Program-made: the position numbers and the translations under genes
The notes under the pieces: model-generated
Seen by the model: the letters and a program-made list of their open reading frames with translations, nothing else
Databases searched by the model: none
Told to the model about the DNA's origin: nothing
Shown: positions 36,594 through 50,166 of the stretch, piece by piece
Layout of the letters: every line of letters starts with the position of its first letter
How positions within the stretch are numbered: position 1 is the first letter of the stretch
Assembly (NCBI GenBank): GCA_010093705.1
Contig: MU006093.1
Coordinates: forward strand, 3,785 to 67,784
Origin: Patellaria atrata CBS 101060
Lineage: Eukaryota
DNA: 64,000 nucleotides
Reading direction: 5' to 3'

Positions 36594-37060
36594 CGTCAAG
36601 TTGATGATTCAAAATCCGCTTGACAATAATTGACGAGCAAAGAATGACTTGAGAATGAATGATGAAGATTGGGGTAAAGGTAGTTATATTTCAGAAAGCT
36701 AGTACCTTTGGGGAGACGCGCCTTCAACGTCATAGGCAAGCAAAAAGAGGCCCTGCAGAAACACGCAGGGTGGATCAACCTCCACGTTTGTTAAACTTTT
36801 TCCTGCTTTAACAACTATCACCATCAAAAGTTCAATTGTGTTGTTGAAGAGAGCTGGAAGGCCTTTGCGGAGCTTGGCTGTTCACCAGTGTTATCAACGA
36901 TCGCGTGCGAATCACACTTTCAGTCTCCATTCCCCGCCTACACGCGACTACGTTCATCTAACACGCGATATCACATTGGCCCAATTATCCAAGACAGAAA
37001 ATGTCTCTAGATGAGATCAAGGGGGTTCAAACCGTCTGATCATCAAACGTCTCTCTCACC

Positions 37061-39351
37061 ATGTCAACTCCATCGACCACAGCCCACGCGCAAAAGCACC
37101 CACCCCCAACCGCTCACAATGTCACAACTCCCGGCTCCGCTGCCCTCGCCGCATTCTCTTCCCCAGCACCTCGCAGCGTACCCTCACCCGCCGCTCACCG
37201 TGCCCAAGCGAGCAAATCGCCCTTCAACCCACCCTCTCACGGGCCAAGCTCCTCCGTCACAATGCAGAACCACCCCACCGGCAGCTCGTTCGGGGGAAAG
37301 CTCCTAGGAGCCTCACCTGCTGCTGCTATGATGAATATAGATTCACCATCAGGTCTGGGGCTCGCCAACTTAAACAATCTTACCGGCGGTGAACCGATGA
37401 GGTTGAGTTACAGTGAGCTGGGGGCGTTGGCGAATAGTTCCTCGGGCGGAAGAGGAGACGATGAGGATAGGCGGCGGAGGCTAGAAGCTGCAATTTCGAT
37501 TATCAGAACGAGACCGGGAAGAGTGAGCGAAGATGGCGTGGAGAGGATTTGTCGGCGGTCTGGCTTAGAGGTTCTATGGGAGGACAGGAGGAAGGATGGT
37601 AGTCGACAGCTGACGATCGCTGGACAAACCGTGCTTCTGGACGTCAGTGTATCCGTCTTCTATATTCTGCGTGAACACCCGGGGCTGAAGGTATACAGAT
37701 AGATTTTAAGGATAGCACCGTCGATCGAGTAGCATTGACCTTTCCTGGCTCTTCTAATAGTGTTACCCAGCATACAGAAAGCGCCGCCCGGATACTACAG
37801 GATGATCTCACCCCACCAAAGTGGATTGCTCGCATGAACTGGAAGCTGGATAGGTTCTCGGGAAATCTTGAGCTCCTTGCGAAGCTAGATAAACTAAGCA
37901 CGTCTCCTGAGCAGAGCTGTTTCGAGGCAATAGGTGGAATATACAACAGCTTAAGGCAGCTTTTCGAGCATGAAAAGAAGACAACTTTATCCCTTATGGG
38001 CCCAAATAGGACACATGCAGAGGTCAAAGCAGAGCGGGAAGTTCTATGTCGTAAAAGCGGTCGTCCACGCATGAACGTTAGCAACCGCATCGGGCTATCT
38101 CTCGAATACTGGATGGACAATCGATACGTTCTAAATCAATCCCCGCACCCAGAACCTTCCTCTAATGACAGTATGGATCTTGATGACACAACCCCTACTG
38201 AAGATCCAGCACAGATATACTCTCTCCTAATCGAATGCGATCCCGCAGTCAACCAACTCTACCCACCCCTCCGTATCTCCTCCTCCTGGCTCTCTCCCAA
38301 CGTCTTCAAACCATCATCCGCAGCGGATCTCCTAAACACTCCGCAAATCGACTGGCTGGATCCGCCACCTACCTATATCCCTCCTAACCAAAATGAGGTT
38401 CAGACTGGGCTCCTCGAAGGGAAGCTCCCTAAAGGCCGTTTTGTTGCGAAACTCCACCCCCCTCTTGTAGTCCCTCTCATTATGGCGCAGAACATCAGTT
38501 CCATGAGCGGGGGACCGCTGCAGCAGGAAAGTATGCGGCTTACTACAGTCGAGGGTCTGCTACTTAGACCTGATGAGAAAGAATCGGATATCGTGGCTGC
38601 GAGTCTCACTGCGGGACCGCCTAAACCGACAGCCACGGAACGCATGGTTCTAGCGGAGGATTCCGTCGAAGGACGCAACTACGTCGAACGAACACATACC
38701 AACTCTCTATTCCTAAGGAGTGCGGAATACGGTCGCGTCGTTGAGGAAATTGCGTTCGAGCATCCGAGACAACTAGTTGAGATCTTGCCCACACTGAGAC
38801 AATACGCCTTTCTAAGGACTTTGGTACTTGGAACGTTCGGGCCGTCAGACGACAGTACAGCAGCGGAATCATCCGAGAAACTCCTCCCTAGATTGCCGCC
38901 ATTGAGCGTAGATGTGAGTCTGACGACGAACCCGGCGCCGAATTTAACAGTCGTGTTCCCGGTTCCCGGAAGAGAGGTGGCCCTCTTTCCCGATAAATCA
39001 GTGCTAAAACAGGGATCACTATTACCGACGTCAAATTCGGATATTACACTAGAGTCCCTACTAACACCTCCCTGGAGCTCATCAGACCATGACGGAACCC
39101 AACCGGCACTCATCACTATTGCGCTATCCATTCTACCGAACGCAGAGGTCGAGGTTACGGACCAGAACGTTTATCCTGCACCTAATTTAAATTTAAATGG
39201 AACAGGGAAGCGAAAAGAAGGACAGACGCAGAAGGATGAAGTAGAAAGATTAGAGAAGGTAAGGAGGTTAGGGAGGGCGTTAGAGGTAGCTGGAAACACT
39301 GGACTGTGGGTTGAATGGGTGGGGAGGGAGTCGAGGTTCGCGAGGGAGTGA
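37061..39351 (+). CDS. MED1: Mediator complex subunit Med1 (fungal); intron 37643-37698
   Basis: Recognised fungal Med1 features: GRVSEDGVERICRRSGLE, LTIAGQTVLLDIDF, FSGNLELLAKLDKLS, CFEAIGGIY, SGRPRMN..RIGLSLEYW, FEHPRQLVEILPTLRQYA. Confidence 0.8.
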
Positions 39352-40688
39352 ACGACATTAGACAAATAATAGGGGGGAAATTTTGGATCGAGAAAAGGGG
39401 AAATTGACAATCTAGGTTATACTCGTCCCTATACCAATTTACCTCTTGAGTCAAGTAAATACTTCAAGTAAATACTCATTACTTTGCTGGTTTAAAAGGT
39501 CTTGCGCTTCTCCGATTATCTCGCAGCCTCCAAATCGACTCTCCGTACTCACTTTTAATATTAGTAACTCGAACGATTGTGGTTGGAAAAAACGCATACG
39601 AACCGTACGACGAGCTTCGACTCTCTTGACCGCGTAATAGACCAAATACTCTAGAATCCACAGTATATTACTAAGGGTCGCTAGATACTAGACTAAATGG
39701 CAGTTGCGATGAGTATACTGGCGCTTACCACTACTTACTTGGTCCTTCTAAGGCAGGTCGTCGTAGAAGTAAAACACCAACGTGAACCCGTACCCTTCTC
39801 CAACAGCTGAATCAAGGTCGAATAAAGGCTGTCAAAAAGTATCATTTTCGAACTAGTCTCATAATTCTCATCCTCTTGCCTCCTGATCATACATACCCAA
39901 AAAGGCTCATTCACCCCAGTAATCATCATTCCTCGTACAATCTCTTCCCCTTCCCCTTCCCCTTCTCCTTCCCCCTCGACTCCTTTCAAAACCACCCGAC
40001 ACCGCTCGTCCGCAATCTCCCTGTCCTCCTCTGCCATCTCTGAGGATACATAAACCCCCCGCTCAGACTCGAACGGATCAAATTCTGTATAGCCTTCCGG
40101 CGCACGACGGAGCGCGGTAGACCATTGTAGCGGGTGGGATTTGAGGATTTTTGTGGTTGGGACTGTGAGGGAGGTGGGGGTGGTGTCCTACCTTAAGGAT
40201 TGGTTGGTGAAGGAGTCAGGTGGGAGGGTATGAGTGAGTGTGTGCGTTTGGACCAGACTGCGGGCTGGGATAAGGTATGGTCGATGACTCCCGTCAACTG
40301 AGTACCGAAGGTTGTAGTTTCCCAGATTTTGGGTAACTTCGGTCGAAATATCGATATCGACTGTCAAGTGAGATATCTCCTCGGTCATCGGAAACGATTC
40401 TATGACATTAGTGCAGGTAAGTTTCTGCGGGTTAATTAGAAATTCATACATGATACAAGGTGTAGTATGATTATAAAGTCCCTTTGATATTGAACTTTTG
40501 GGAGTATCGCCGAATAAATCTCCCTAACGGAAATGAGTAGGAAAATAGTGGTCAGAGAAAACGGCGTAGTTATATCTTTTCCGGTTACCGTACGTAAGGC
40601 AGGTGGACATCAGAGTTCGTTTCCTCGGTAACCACGAACCTCAGAATCGAGCAAACAGCTACAACTCCCCACAACATCATCTAGAAGG

Positions 40689-40718
<30 letters not shown>
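40689..40718. repeat. T15A15 perfect palindrome
   Basis: 15 T (40689-40703) directly followed by 15 A (40704-40718). Confidence 0.9.
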
Positions 40719-40720
<2 letters not shown>

Positions 40721-43524
40721 AACAAAGGTTGAAATAAAAATAAAATAAGCAGGATCAAAATTAAAAACAGTTCCCATCGCCGAAACGATGGTACTGATTG
40801 GCAAGTTTCTCAGTGCAATTCGTTCAACGTAGAAATTTGCAAATGATCAGCTTATAACTGCTTTACAGAAGCTGACCGCTGATATTTTAGGAGAAACCGT
40901 CATAAATTGGGCTGAGCAAAGAATGAAAGCGATTAAGATACATATATCTTCTTCAAAGCTTCGATGTTCAACAGTGCCGGTCTAGCAGGAGACGAAAAGT
41001 GCGTGAAGTCTTTTAGACTTCGTTTTCACCTTATTGACACATAAGAAGAATTATTGCAGCAGCTAGAGATATGTTTGAAAAACGAAAGCTTGATGGTGAG
41101 GAAGCTATTCCTTCTTACCTTCAATGGGAGGTGTTCGTAATTGTAACTGCTCATGAAGGGAAAAAGGAACTCGAAGAGCTCTTCAATATATGGATATCAT
41201 CCACAAACGACACTGAACGATACGCAGCCCTTAATTGATGGGACGAGAAAGCAATGCAGAGCTTGTCAAGTGGGTGCTCAGCTTTTCATTCTCTGAAGAT
41301 ATAAGGGCGCAAGATATAAGAAAACTCTATATTGACATATCTATTGACTGTCTAACCTTTGACTTAGTAATATATTCTTCTGTGGCTGGTTGAGCATTCT
41401 CCCCATGGCACGGTGGACTTGTGAGGTTGGGTGAAGAAGAACTGGAGTGGTTGAGCGGACAGTACATGGAGTTGTGCAAGGAAAAATCCTTGATCTTGTT
41501 CTCGATGGTTTGAGCACGGACGAGCATATCAATGACGTGAAGGGTTACTTTGCAGGATTGAACGTGAGCAATTGTCAGCAGTTTTTAAGCCAGAAGCTCG
41601 AGGAAATGCAGATTCGGAGACGATGGGCAGAGCGAGATGCTGGGGATCTCAGTTCATGGTTGTGCCAACATGGTTACGTCAATGATACTCATGCTGATGA
41701 CATAGAAAGAGGTGGAGAATAGGCGGGGGCCATTATTCTCATCTACAATGTCTCTAGCTGCTCATGAATATCGTGGGTTTCATACAGCAGATATGCTCGC
41801 TTTGATGTAGCTCAAATTTTGAGATCGACCTTACGCTTATATTCGCAGACGATTCGAAAATCGGTGCCAAAGATCAAAATCAAGCGCTCTGAGGTAAAGT
41901 ATTCGATCAAAACCCTACTATACGAATAGACCATAGAATGGCAAAACTGGTTCATACTTGATCAGAGACATGAATTTCAGATCTCGCAATATAAGGAATG
42001 CCTATATCAGGACTCTATGCCAGACTATTTACCGCAAAAATACAGTAACTAAAGTAAGCAGGAAACACAATCAAGATATAAATGTCGCATATTGATTAGT
42101 CTTACGTATGTAACAGTCCAAGTTGCGCTCCATCAGAACCATGCGGGTGTGAAAACGTTTAGAAGGCTGCCATGCAACCCTCCACGGGCAGCACAAAACA
42201 TGTCTAAGTTCCGATGGTCACGAAAAAGGCAAGTTACGGTACAACCGTGAGACGAAAAGAAGGTCTTAATGGGGTCCAAAGAGACTAGTTCAGTGACACG
42301 GGCCAAAGACATGAAGGTGCTAATAGTAGATACAAACGTTTTTGATCTGACTAGAAAATGGTGGCAAGGAATCATATAACCAAGCGTACTAAGAAAAAGT
42401 AATGAAGAATTGAGGAAAGGGAAACCATAATGAGTATATTGATATTTCAAGTTGGACTCGACCAGGTAAATTGTTTATAGTAGAGAGTATACTCGGCGCT
42501 TTACTCAGTATAACCTGCAGTAGTCAGCTTGTCATTTTCTCATATTCTTTGATTATTGGGACTGGCAAGGCATATCTGCAGTTCTTTGCTTCGGAGGTTT
42601 ATCGTCCTTGTGTATTGTATCTGTATTGTACAGTACCATATCAAGATATCTGTGAAGCTGATGGAGGTGTTAAAGGGGGCCATGTTGATCGAACGACTTC
42701 AAGACATGCGTCGGCAAGTAATTTCTTCCTCTCATACCTAGTTCTAACATGTCACCTTGGTGAGATGTTTTGGTATATTGAGTCGAGATAGTTTGTTCGT
42801 CCCTGACGGAGGTTGTCCCTCTTCGGTACTTAAGGGCTTCTCGGCTCACCACCACAGTGCACGGACCATGGACCCTTTTCCCTTTTCAGACGCGCCATGG
42901 CAACCTCATCCTGAACGCGATCCCACTTCCAATATCATTCCCTGTTCCGCGACACTCCCTTGCTCTCTTCAGTCAGACTTCATGAAGATGACCTCTTTCT
43001 GTACATACTTCATGATATGATCCTTTCTTTACATCTTTCACGCTATCGATCAATTAACGACGATATTCTCACTCATTATCCTCTGTCTCAACTCCGTATC
43101 CGTGGTGTTAAAAGGTGGTAGTTGCATGAAGACCGAGATACTGCATGAAACTAAGAATTATCCGTCGTCAAGATCTAATCGGGCCTTCTAACTCCTTTCT
43201 ATTACATTCGCAGATATCAAGATATCATCATGGCATCTTAGATTCCATTGGATTTCAATCCCCCATTTCTGCTCCCTGACTTACACGCCGACGAACGCAC
43301 CGAAACGTCAACCCCCTATAGGTTCTGCGACAGAATTGAGGGCTCAATCAAAGGCGTAATCCGTACCTTGGAGGTACCATTCATAACCGTCTAATTATCC
43401 GGCATAACAATCATCTGCGATTCCGTCACGCGCTTTTGGACAGTATCTTGTTCGTTTGTAGCACTATTCCTTAACGGTCACGATCACACTCCTGCGCGCA
43501 AGCACCACCTGATCTTCGTCAAAG

Positions 43525-46500
43525 ATGCATCGCCATACAAAATCCGATGGCTTGGAACTAGCCTCTCCCCGTTCAACTAGAAGTTCTAGTTTCAGCAGTG
43601 ATAGACCTTCCATTGCCGGCTCCATGACTTCCCCAAACCCATCGAACGTTCGACCCCCGCCAGCGTATGTCGCAGCGTCGGCAGCATGTCAGATTGCCTC
43701 AGACCATCATCATGCACAGCTCCGCGAAAGCGGGAACTTCGAGGAGACTGCGGGTGAATGCGCTCTCTTCTCCGAAGCTGCTCTTACCTCAGTGAACGCT
43801 TTTCTAGATCACCTTCTCTATAACATCTTATCCGTTGCGCGTGGTCCTACCCTCTCTATGATACGACCAGCGATTGCGGAAGTCCTCAAGCCGCGTTTGG
43901 CGCGCGAAGCAATGGCTACGGCCGATGAAGAACTTCACACTCTCCTCGCTGGTGAGGAAGAAGAGGATGACATTTTCGAAAGAGATGAAGACACACAGGG
44001 CAAGTGGAACACAGAATTGGTTTGGAAACGAACTAGGCTTCGAATAATGGTTTACAGCAGTCTTGGAGAAATGGAGGATGAAGATGAGGATGAATACTTA
44101 CATAAAGATGACAGCTTTGACACACATGGTCATGATGGAATTAGTATGGGTCTTATATCTTCTGCGGCAGCAATATTCCTCACATCGGTATCGGAGTACA
44201 TTGCGGAGCAGTTGCTCATCATTGCAGGACATGCTGCATATTCTCGCGCGTTAGCGAAGATGAAAAGGTCATCGAGTACCGTATCAAGCCCCGTCTCCGC
44301 GGAACCATCGACTCGCGTGACAGTAGAGGAGTTCGATGTCGAGAAAGTTACGTTTAATCCAACTCTCGGTCGTCTCTGGCGGACCTGGAGAAAGCGTACC
44401 CGAAATTATAGCTCTTTATCAAGCCCACCATCTCGAGGTTCCGGATTCCGCACGGCGAGTGGTTATACAACCCCTCGTAATCGTGGAAGCAGTTCAAGCA
44501 TGGCTGACGGACGACCTGAGGGGTTGAAGTCAACTAACTCTTTAGCCCTCACCGAGTCCCACCAGAGTACAGTCTCCGAAGTTGATATTGCAGCAAATAT
44601 CCCTCTACCAACTTCTGACAACGACGTAAACGAAATTGAAGTCCCTGGTCTCGCAAAAGAATTTGATGATGAAATAGATCATAGTGGGAGATCGACACCA
44701 ATTGTACGTGATCGTCGAAGACCGTCCAGCATGATTCTTTCATCATCAAATCTGTTCTCACCCTCAACGAGGAGAGGAAACAAGCATACCCGATCGACCT
44801 CAGCCCCTTCGCCTCGTCCAGCTTTTTATGAGAATTTCCTTGAGGGCAGCGCAGATGAACTTCCCTTTGTTACTCCAATGGAGCACGTTTCAGAGCGGAG
44901 TTCGTATGTCAAGATTGCAGATTCATCTAACGAGCATCCTCAGCTAGAGCCTATCGACCCTGCAGGAGTTTCGGCTGGGGTAGAGAGCTCAAAAATTCGA
45001 AACGATAGTATCCTGAATACAGGAGAAGCAGCGTCCCCAACCAGCGTGGACTCCCCACCATCAGCTGGTGATTCCGAGGTAGAGATACTTAACTCGAAGC
45101 GTGTAACAATAGGATATCCTCAGCGGACTCCATCCATAGTGAGAACATCATCAGCACGATATTCCAAACGATCTCTTACTCCTCCGGCTGATATTCCCTC
45201 GTCAGTTGATGATGGGCAAATTTCACCGATAGAGCCTGGAGCTGAAGTAGTCGCTGAGCCGAATGTTGAAGAAATTGGAATAGCAACAACGTCCAATGTG
45301 CCTATCCCAGCAATACATGCCGCAACACCAAACCAGACCCATGCTAGGCAAATCCAGAACCAGGCTGGAAATCCAGTCAATGGTGCTACTATTACCCAGT
45401 TACACAAAGAACAACAGATTACTAGAGGTGCATCTGCATCCCCACCACGTGCGAAGAAACCGGTTAATTCAACCATTGTGCAACAATCACACCCGATTCC
45501 TTACGACGTTCCTGTACGTGACGAGTACAGACCCACCCTTACGCAGTCTCACTCAGTATCGCGAAATGTTCCACTAGAATCCGTTAGGGAGGATGCAGTT
45601 CCTACTCGTAAATCAACTGAACGTTCGACCAAGCGCATGTCAACCGGTAGCTCGACTAGTACCAGTCGGTCCAAGGCGATAACTGATGTAGATGCTCTTG
45701 AACGCTCGACTGTTCGTCGTCTATCAAATGCGTCACATCGCAAATCCTCTTCTCAGGGTGGGAGAGAGTCAGAACTGCCGGCCATACCAGGTCGTGCACG
45801 AACAGCAAGCTCTTCAACCAGCGTCAGGGAGTCAGTAGATTCAAGACAGCGTGATTTTGACGAACTTGTCCGCGGTGAAGAGACGGTAAAGTATACATTA
45901 ACGCCGCAGAGCATGCGTGATCTCGATGTAAGAACTCCTCTGACCATTTCGCGATCCTGACTGACATAGACTAGACTCCAAGTCCCCCTATCATCACTGG
46001 GAAGTTGCAAGCTCGCAAGCAGGCCACTAACCCTGTTGAATATCCACGCGTTGTATCCCCGCCAGATTCTCCGAAGGTTCCAAATGTTGCTCCTCGTACT
46101 AGCTCAATAACTCCTACTACGACTCCATCTGTTTCAAAAGGACTGGTGTGTCGGTCTACTCCTTCTGCCCCTCCTAAGGTGATGCCGCCTCCCCGTCCCG
46201 CTCCTGAAAACACCAGGCTCAGGAATGGAAGAACAGCCCGAGGCGCAAGGGTGCAGACGGAACCCGTCCGAGACATGGCAGACTTCATTCGGTCCACGGG
46301 CCCATCTAACGAGCCGGAAATTAAACCTTTCAGCGTTGGCGAGGATACTGTAGCATTCTTTCATAAGAAGGAAAGCCGACCGCCCAATATCGGCAGCAGC
46401 AATAGTTTAGTCAAATCAAATCATCGGCCATCGGGAAGTACTACTCCGCGAAAGACCCCTCGTAAGACCCATCTTGAGGCGCGTGATCCTACAGCTACAG

Positions 46501-47456
46501 CTGATGGGTTCGGCGACCTTATTGACTTTATCCGCCAAGGTCCTCCTAGCAGTGGTATTACAGGCGAACATAGGATTCCACGCCACGTCGCGCCCTTCAG
46601 GAATACTATGGATTCAGATGACTACGGACGTCTGCTTGATGGTGAGGACAGCGAGATTAACGCGCCAAGTACCGCATCACGTCAGACAAACCAATCGAGC
46701 AACTCCCGTACGGGACTTGTAGCTAGCTCCACAACACCCAAGAAGTCTCTGCAACATCCCACATTGAGGAGTGAAAATAACAATAACTTCTCCTACCCGC
46801 CACCAGTCGAGCCTCCAAGGGGTACCCAAATGTTCACGACTCCATCCCTCGCCCACCCAGCTTATTCGAATCAAACCCAGAGCCTCAACAACAACGAACC
46901 TCAGATTCAGCGTACACGCCGTCGCATCAAGGATCCCTACGCCATCGACTCTACCGACGAAGAGGATGATAACGAGGACGACATGACCGCTCTCCCAACG
47001 AACAAAGGCGGCTCAGGAACCCGCCACCCACCTCAAGAAGAGAGCCTAATGGACTTTTTGAAGAACACCGAACCACCACCTTCAACACAGAAGTTACTTC
47101 CCTTCACCGGCAAGTCCGTCGACGAGGCCATGAAACGGAACGCTCAGTTCGATGACGCGGGCCACTATATCGGCGACAAGATCGCGAAGAAGGAATCCGT
47201 CCCCGCTCCGACAGCTAATACGAGCGTGCCGAGGACGTTTGGAGCCGGTCAAGGGGTACCGCAGAAGCAGGTACAGAGGCAGACATTAAAGCCCCGTGAA
47301 CCGGTCAAGGGCCGCAGGAACGATACCAGCGATTTGGCGGACTTTCTCCTTAATTCCGGACCTCCGGAACCCGTGAGTAGGGGACTGGGGAATGGTACAG
47401 GGACGGGAGTGGAGAACGGGGAGAAGAAGAAGAAGAGGTTTTGGGAGAGAAGGTGA
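43525..47456 (+). CDS. Large conserved fungal protein: N-terminal histone-fold-like region, long S/T/P-rich disordered part, four DFxR-type repeats; intron 45928-45974
   Basis: 811-aa and 483-aa ORFs joined in frame by GTAAGA...CTGAC...TAG; AAAIFLTSVSEYIAEQLL resembles an H2A-like helix. Confidence 0.75.
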
Positions 47457-48364
47457 GGTTTTAATGGAGGTGGAGGAGATCTGTTCTCTTTGGGAGGAGT
47501 AGTCCTTAAGATTCTGATTTCACGAGTATCTTCTCGGCGCCATTAGGAAGGTTTTGATCCCCCCGATCTTCTATCTTCCGCGTACCTTGAGGCATGATTT
47601 TCCCATTTCGAAGAGTTTGTACAATTTCTGCTTTTTTTTTTATAAAGGGGTTTCTTACGGCGGTTTTCGGCTTTTTCGTGTATATTGTTTTCTTCTTCGA
47701 GCAAATTATATGGTTGAGACTAGATCAGATTGGTAACTGGATACCCGCTCCCCTTTCTCTGCATTTTGTACTGTACGTATGGGACTTTTCAGGGGAATTG
47801 AATTTCTTGATGTGTACACTGGATATTCAGACGTCTGTTGAGTGTGAACCGGATCTCTATCGTCCGTTTGCTCAAGTGATGATCCTACCGTCCTGTACGT
47901 TTTAGGACATCGTTCCAGCAGTTCCGTTTGAAACTCTGCTCGAACTGTACAGGAATCCAGAAACTACCTTCGTGTACAGGAAATAAGGAAGTACGTAAGG
48001 TTACAGTTCGACCTTACATCGCCCTCCGTGTCTCCAGGAGGTAAAAGGGGTGATGAGATGGGGGGGTACCTGAGTAGGTAAATAAGATGGTTTGAGTAAA
48101 GCGGGCAATCGGAGACCAGATAATCGTCACCGAGTTGGATTTATTACACGGTACGGGAGGTACATCACATAACAGATGGCAGCAGTGTATTAGATATTGA
48201 GAGATTGAATCAAGATGCATTGAAGCATTAACCATCCCCTATTGAACCCTATACAAACCAAAGGAAAAATGAGTACATGGTCAATGTATCATCATGGTAA
48301 TGAATTTAACTCCACCCTCTATGCTAGGCACCCAGAGAACCCCTCCGCTACAGTTGAATCCCAC

Positions 48365-50166
48365 TCATGGCTTGCGAATGGGAACAATCATCTCCTGCTC
48401 CACCAATGGGTTCTCCTTGACCTTCTTTGCCATGTTGGCGCCCTCGACCTGACCGCACAGAGTCTCAACGATGATACCGGTGACTTGATACGGGTCCGCG
48501 TTGGAGGCGGGTCTGCGATCTTCGAAGTAACCTTTGCCCTCCTGCGCACACTGGCGGTTAACACGGACGGAAGCGCCACGGTTAGCTACGCCCCATGTGA
48601 ACTTGTCGTACGAAGCCGTTTCGTGTTTGCCCGTCATGCGCTGTGCATTGTCTTCGCCATACACCTCCATGTGCTCCTTCTGGCGCTTGGAGAGCTTCTC
48701 CATGGCGGCTTCGATGTGCTTCATGCCACCCTCCTCGCGCATCTCCTTTGTGCTGACGTTGGTGTGGAGACCGGCACCATTCCAGTCGCCGGGGATGGGT
48801 TTCGGGGCGAAGGTTACCTTTGCACCGTATTCTTCGGCGACACGGTGGAGGAGGAATCGGGACATCCAAAGTTGATCGCCCACTAGAATAGTTTATTAGT
48901 GGTAGCGGGAGGAGGATTAAGTTGGATGATTAGCTTACAATCAATACCCTTGCAAGGACCGACTTGGTACTCCCATTGGGCAGGCATGACCTCAGCATTG
49001 GTACCTGAGATTTCGATGCCAGCGAACAAACACGCCTTATAGTGTGACTCCACGATGTCTCTACACATGACCTTGCCGGTACCGACACCGCAGTAGTACG
49101 GGCCCTGAGGAGCAGGGAAGCCATTCTTGGGCCAGCCATACGGCCAGCCGTCGAAGCCGAGGAGTGTGTATTCTTGCTCCAGACCGAACCAGAACTCGTG
49201 CTTCGCATGTGCCTCCATCACGACGGCTGCGTCATGACGGAAGTTATATGCGTTTGGCGACCCATCCGACATCCAGGTCTCGCACATTACGAGAATATTA
49301 TCGCCCAGACGGAAAGGATCGGGGAAGAAGGCGACGGGTCTGAGGTAGACGTCAGAGTTGTCGCCTGGCGCTTGACCGGTCGATGAGCCGTCAAAGTTCC
49401 ATTCTGGGAGTTCCTTGATATTTGAGACTTTGCCCTTGAGGGTCTGAAGAAAAGGTCACATGTCAGCTTCGATAAGACTCAAATAGAGATATATACAATG
49501 TATATATGATGTATTAGAGAAAAGGTGGAGAATGGAGAAAGTGAGGGAGCGAGGGAGTGACGAGGGAGTGAAAAGTGTGTGCAATGTGCAGTCGTCACTG
49601 CCATAAAAGCAATTAACTCCATCAGGGAAAGTGCGATGTGGGTTGGAGAAGGAGCAAGGGGAGTTGTTGCCTCGGTGGATCGTATCGGCTTAAGCCGGCT
49701 GTTGGGGTCTTGAGTTGTGGCTGCAGGTTTGGCGATAGGCTTGCTTATCGCGGGGTTCGTCGCTGATAAGAGCCAGAAAAAGCACAAACCCCGGATAGAT
49801 TCGATGCCGTCGTCATCAATCACAATGATTCAGACACTCGTATGATGATGGGAATGATTTTGAGAAGATAATTTTGAGAAGGAAATGTTGCAATTCTTAC
49901 CTTGCACTTGGAGCGTACACCCCCTGAGCTATCGATCCAGACATACTCTGCGATAACGGAGCCCTTTTGGTCGAGCTTCAAATACTTCGAGAGCTGCAGA
50001 AGAAGTCAGTGCGTTGAGATATCGAGAAAGTGAATCGGCAGAATTGAGGCAATGCTCACATTGGCGGTGTTGGAAACGATGGTTGATTCGGCCTGGTAAG
50101 GAGTCAGTACTACTGTTGCCATGAATAGCTCGTTCGAGGCACAAAAGACGCGGTGAAACGTACCAT
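48365..50166 (-). CDS. glnA: Glutamine synthetase (GSII); exons 50166-50164, 50092-50060, 49993-49901, 49443-48939, 48882-48365
   Basis: [71 protein letters not shown]. Confidence 0.97.

Noticed and set aside
39735..41722. Divergent pair of hypothetical genes around the T15A15 tract
   Set aside because: Coding-like fragments with splice signals but no consistent open model or known motif; possibly decayed orphans
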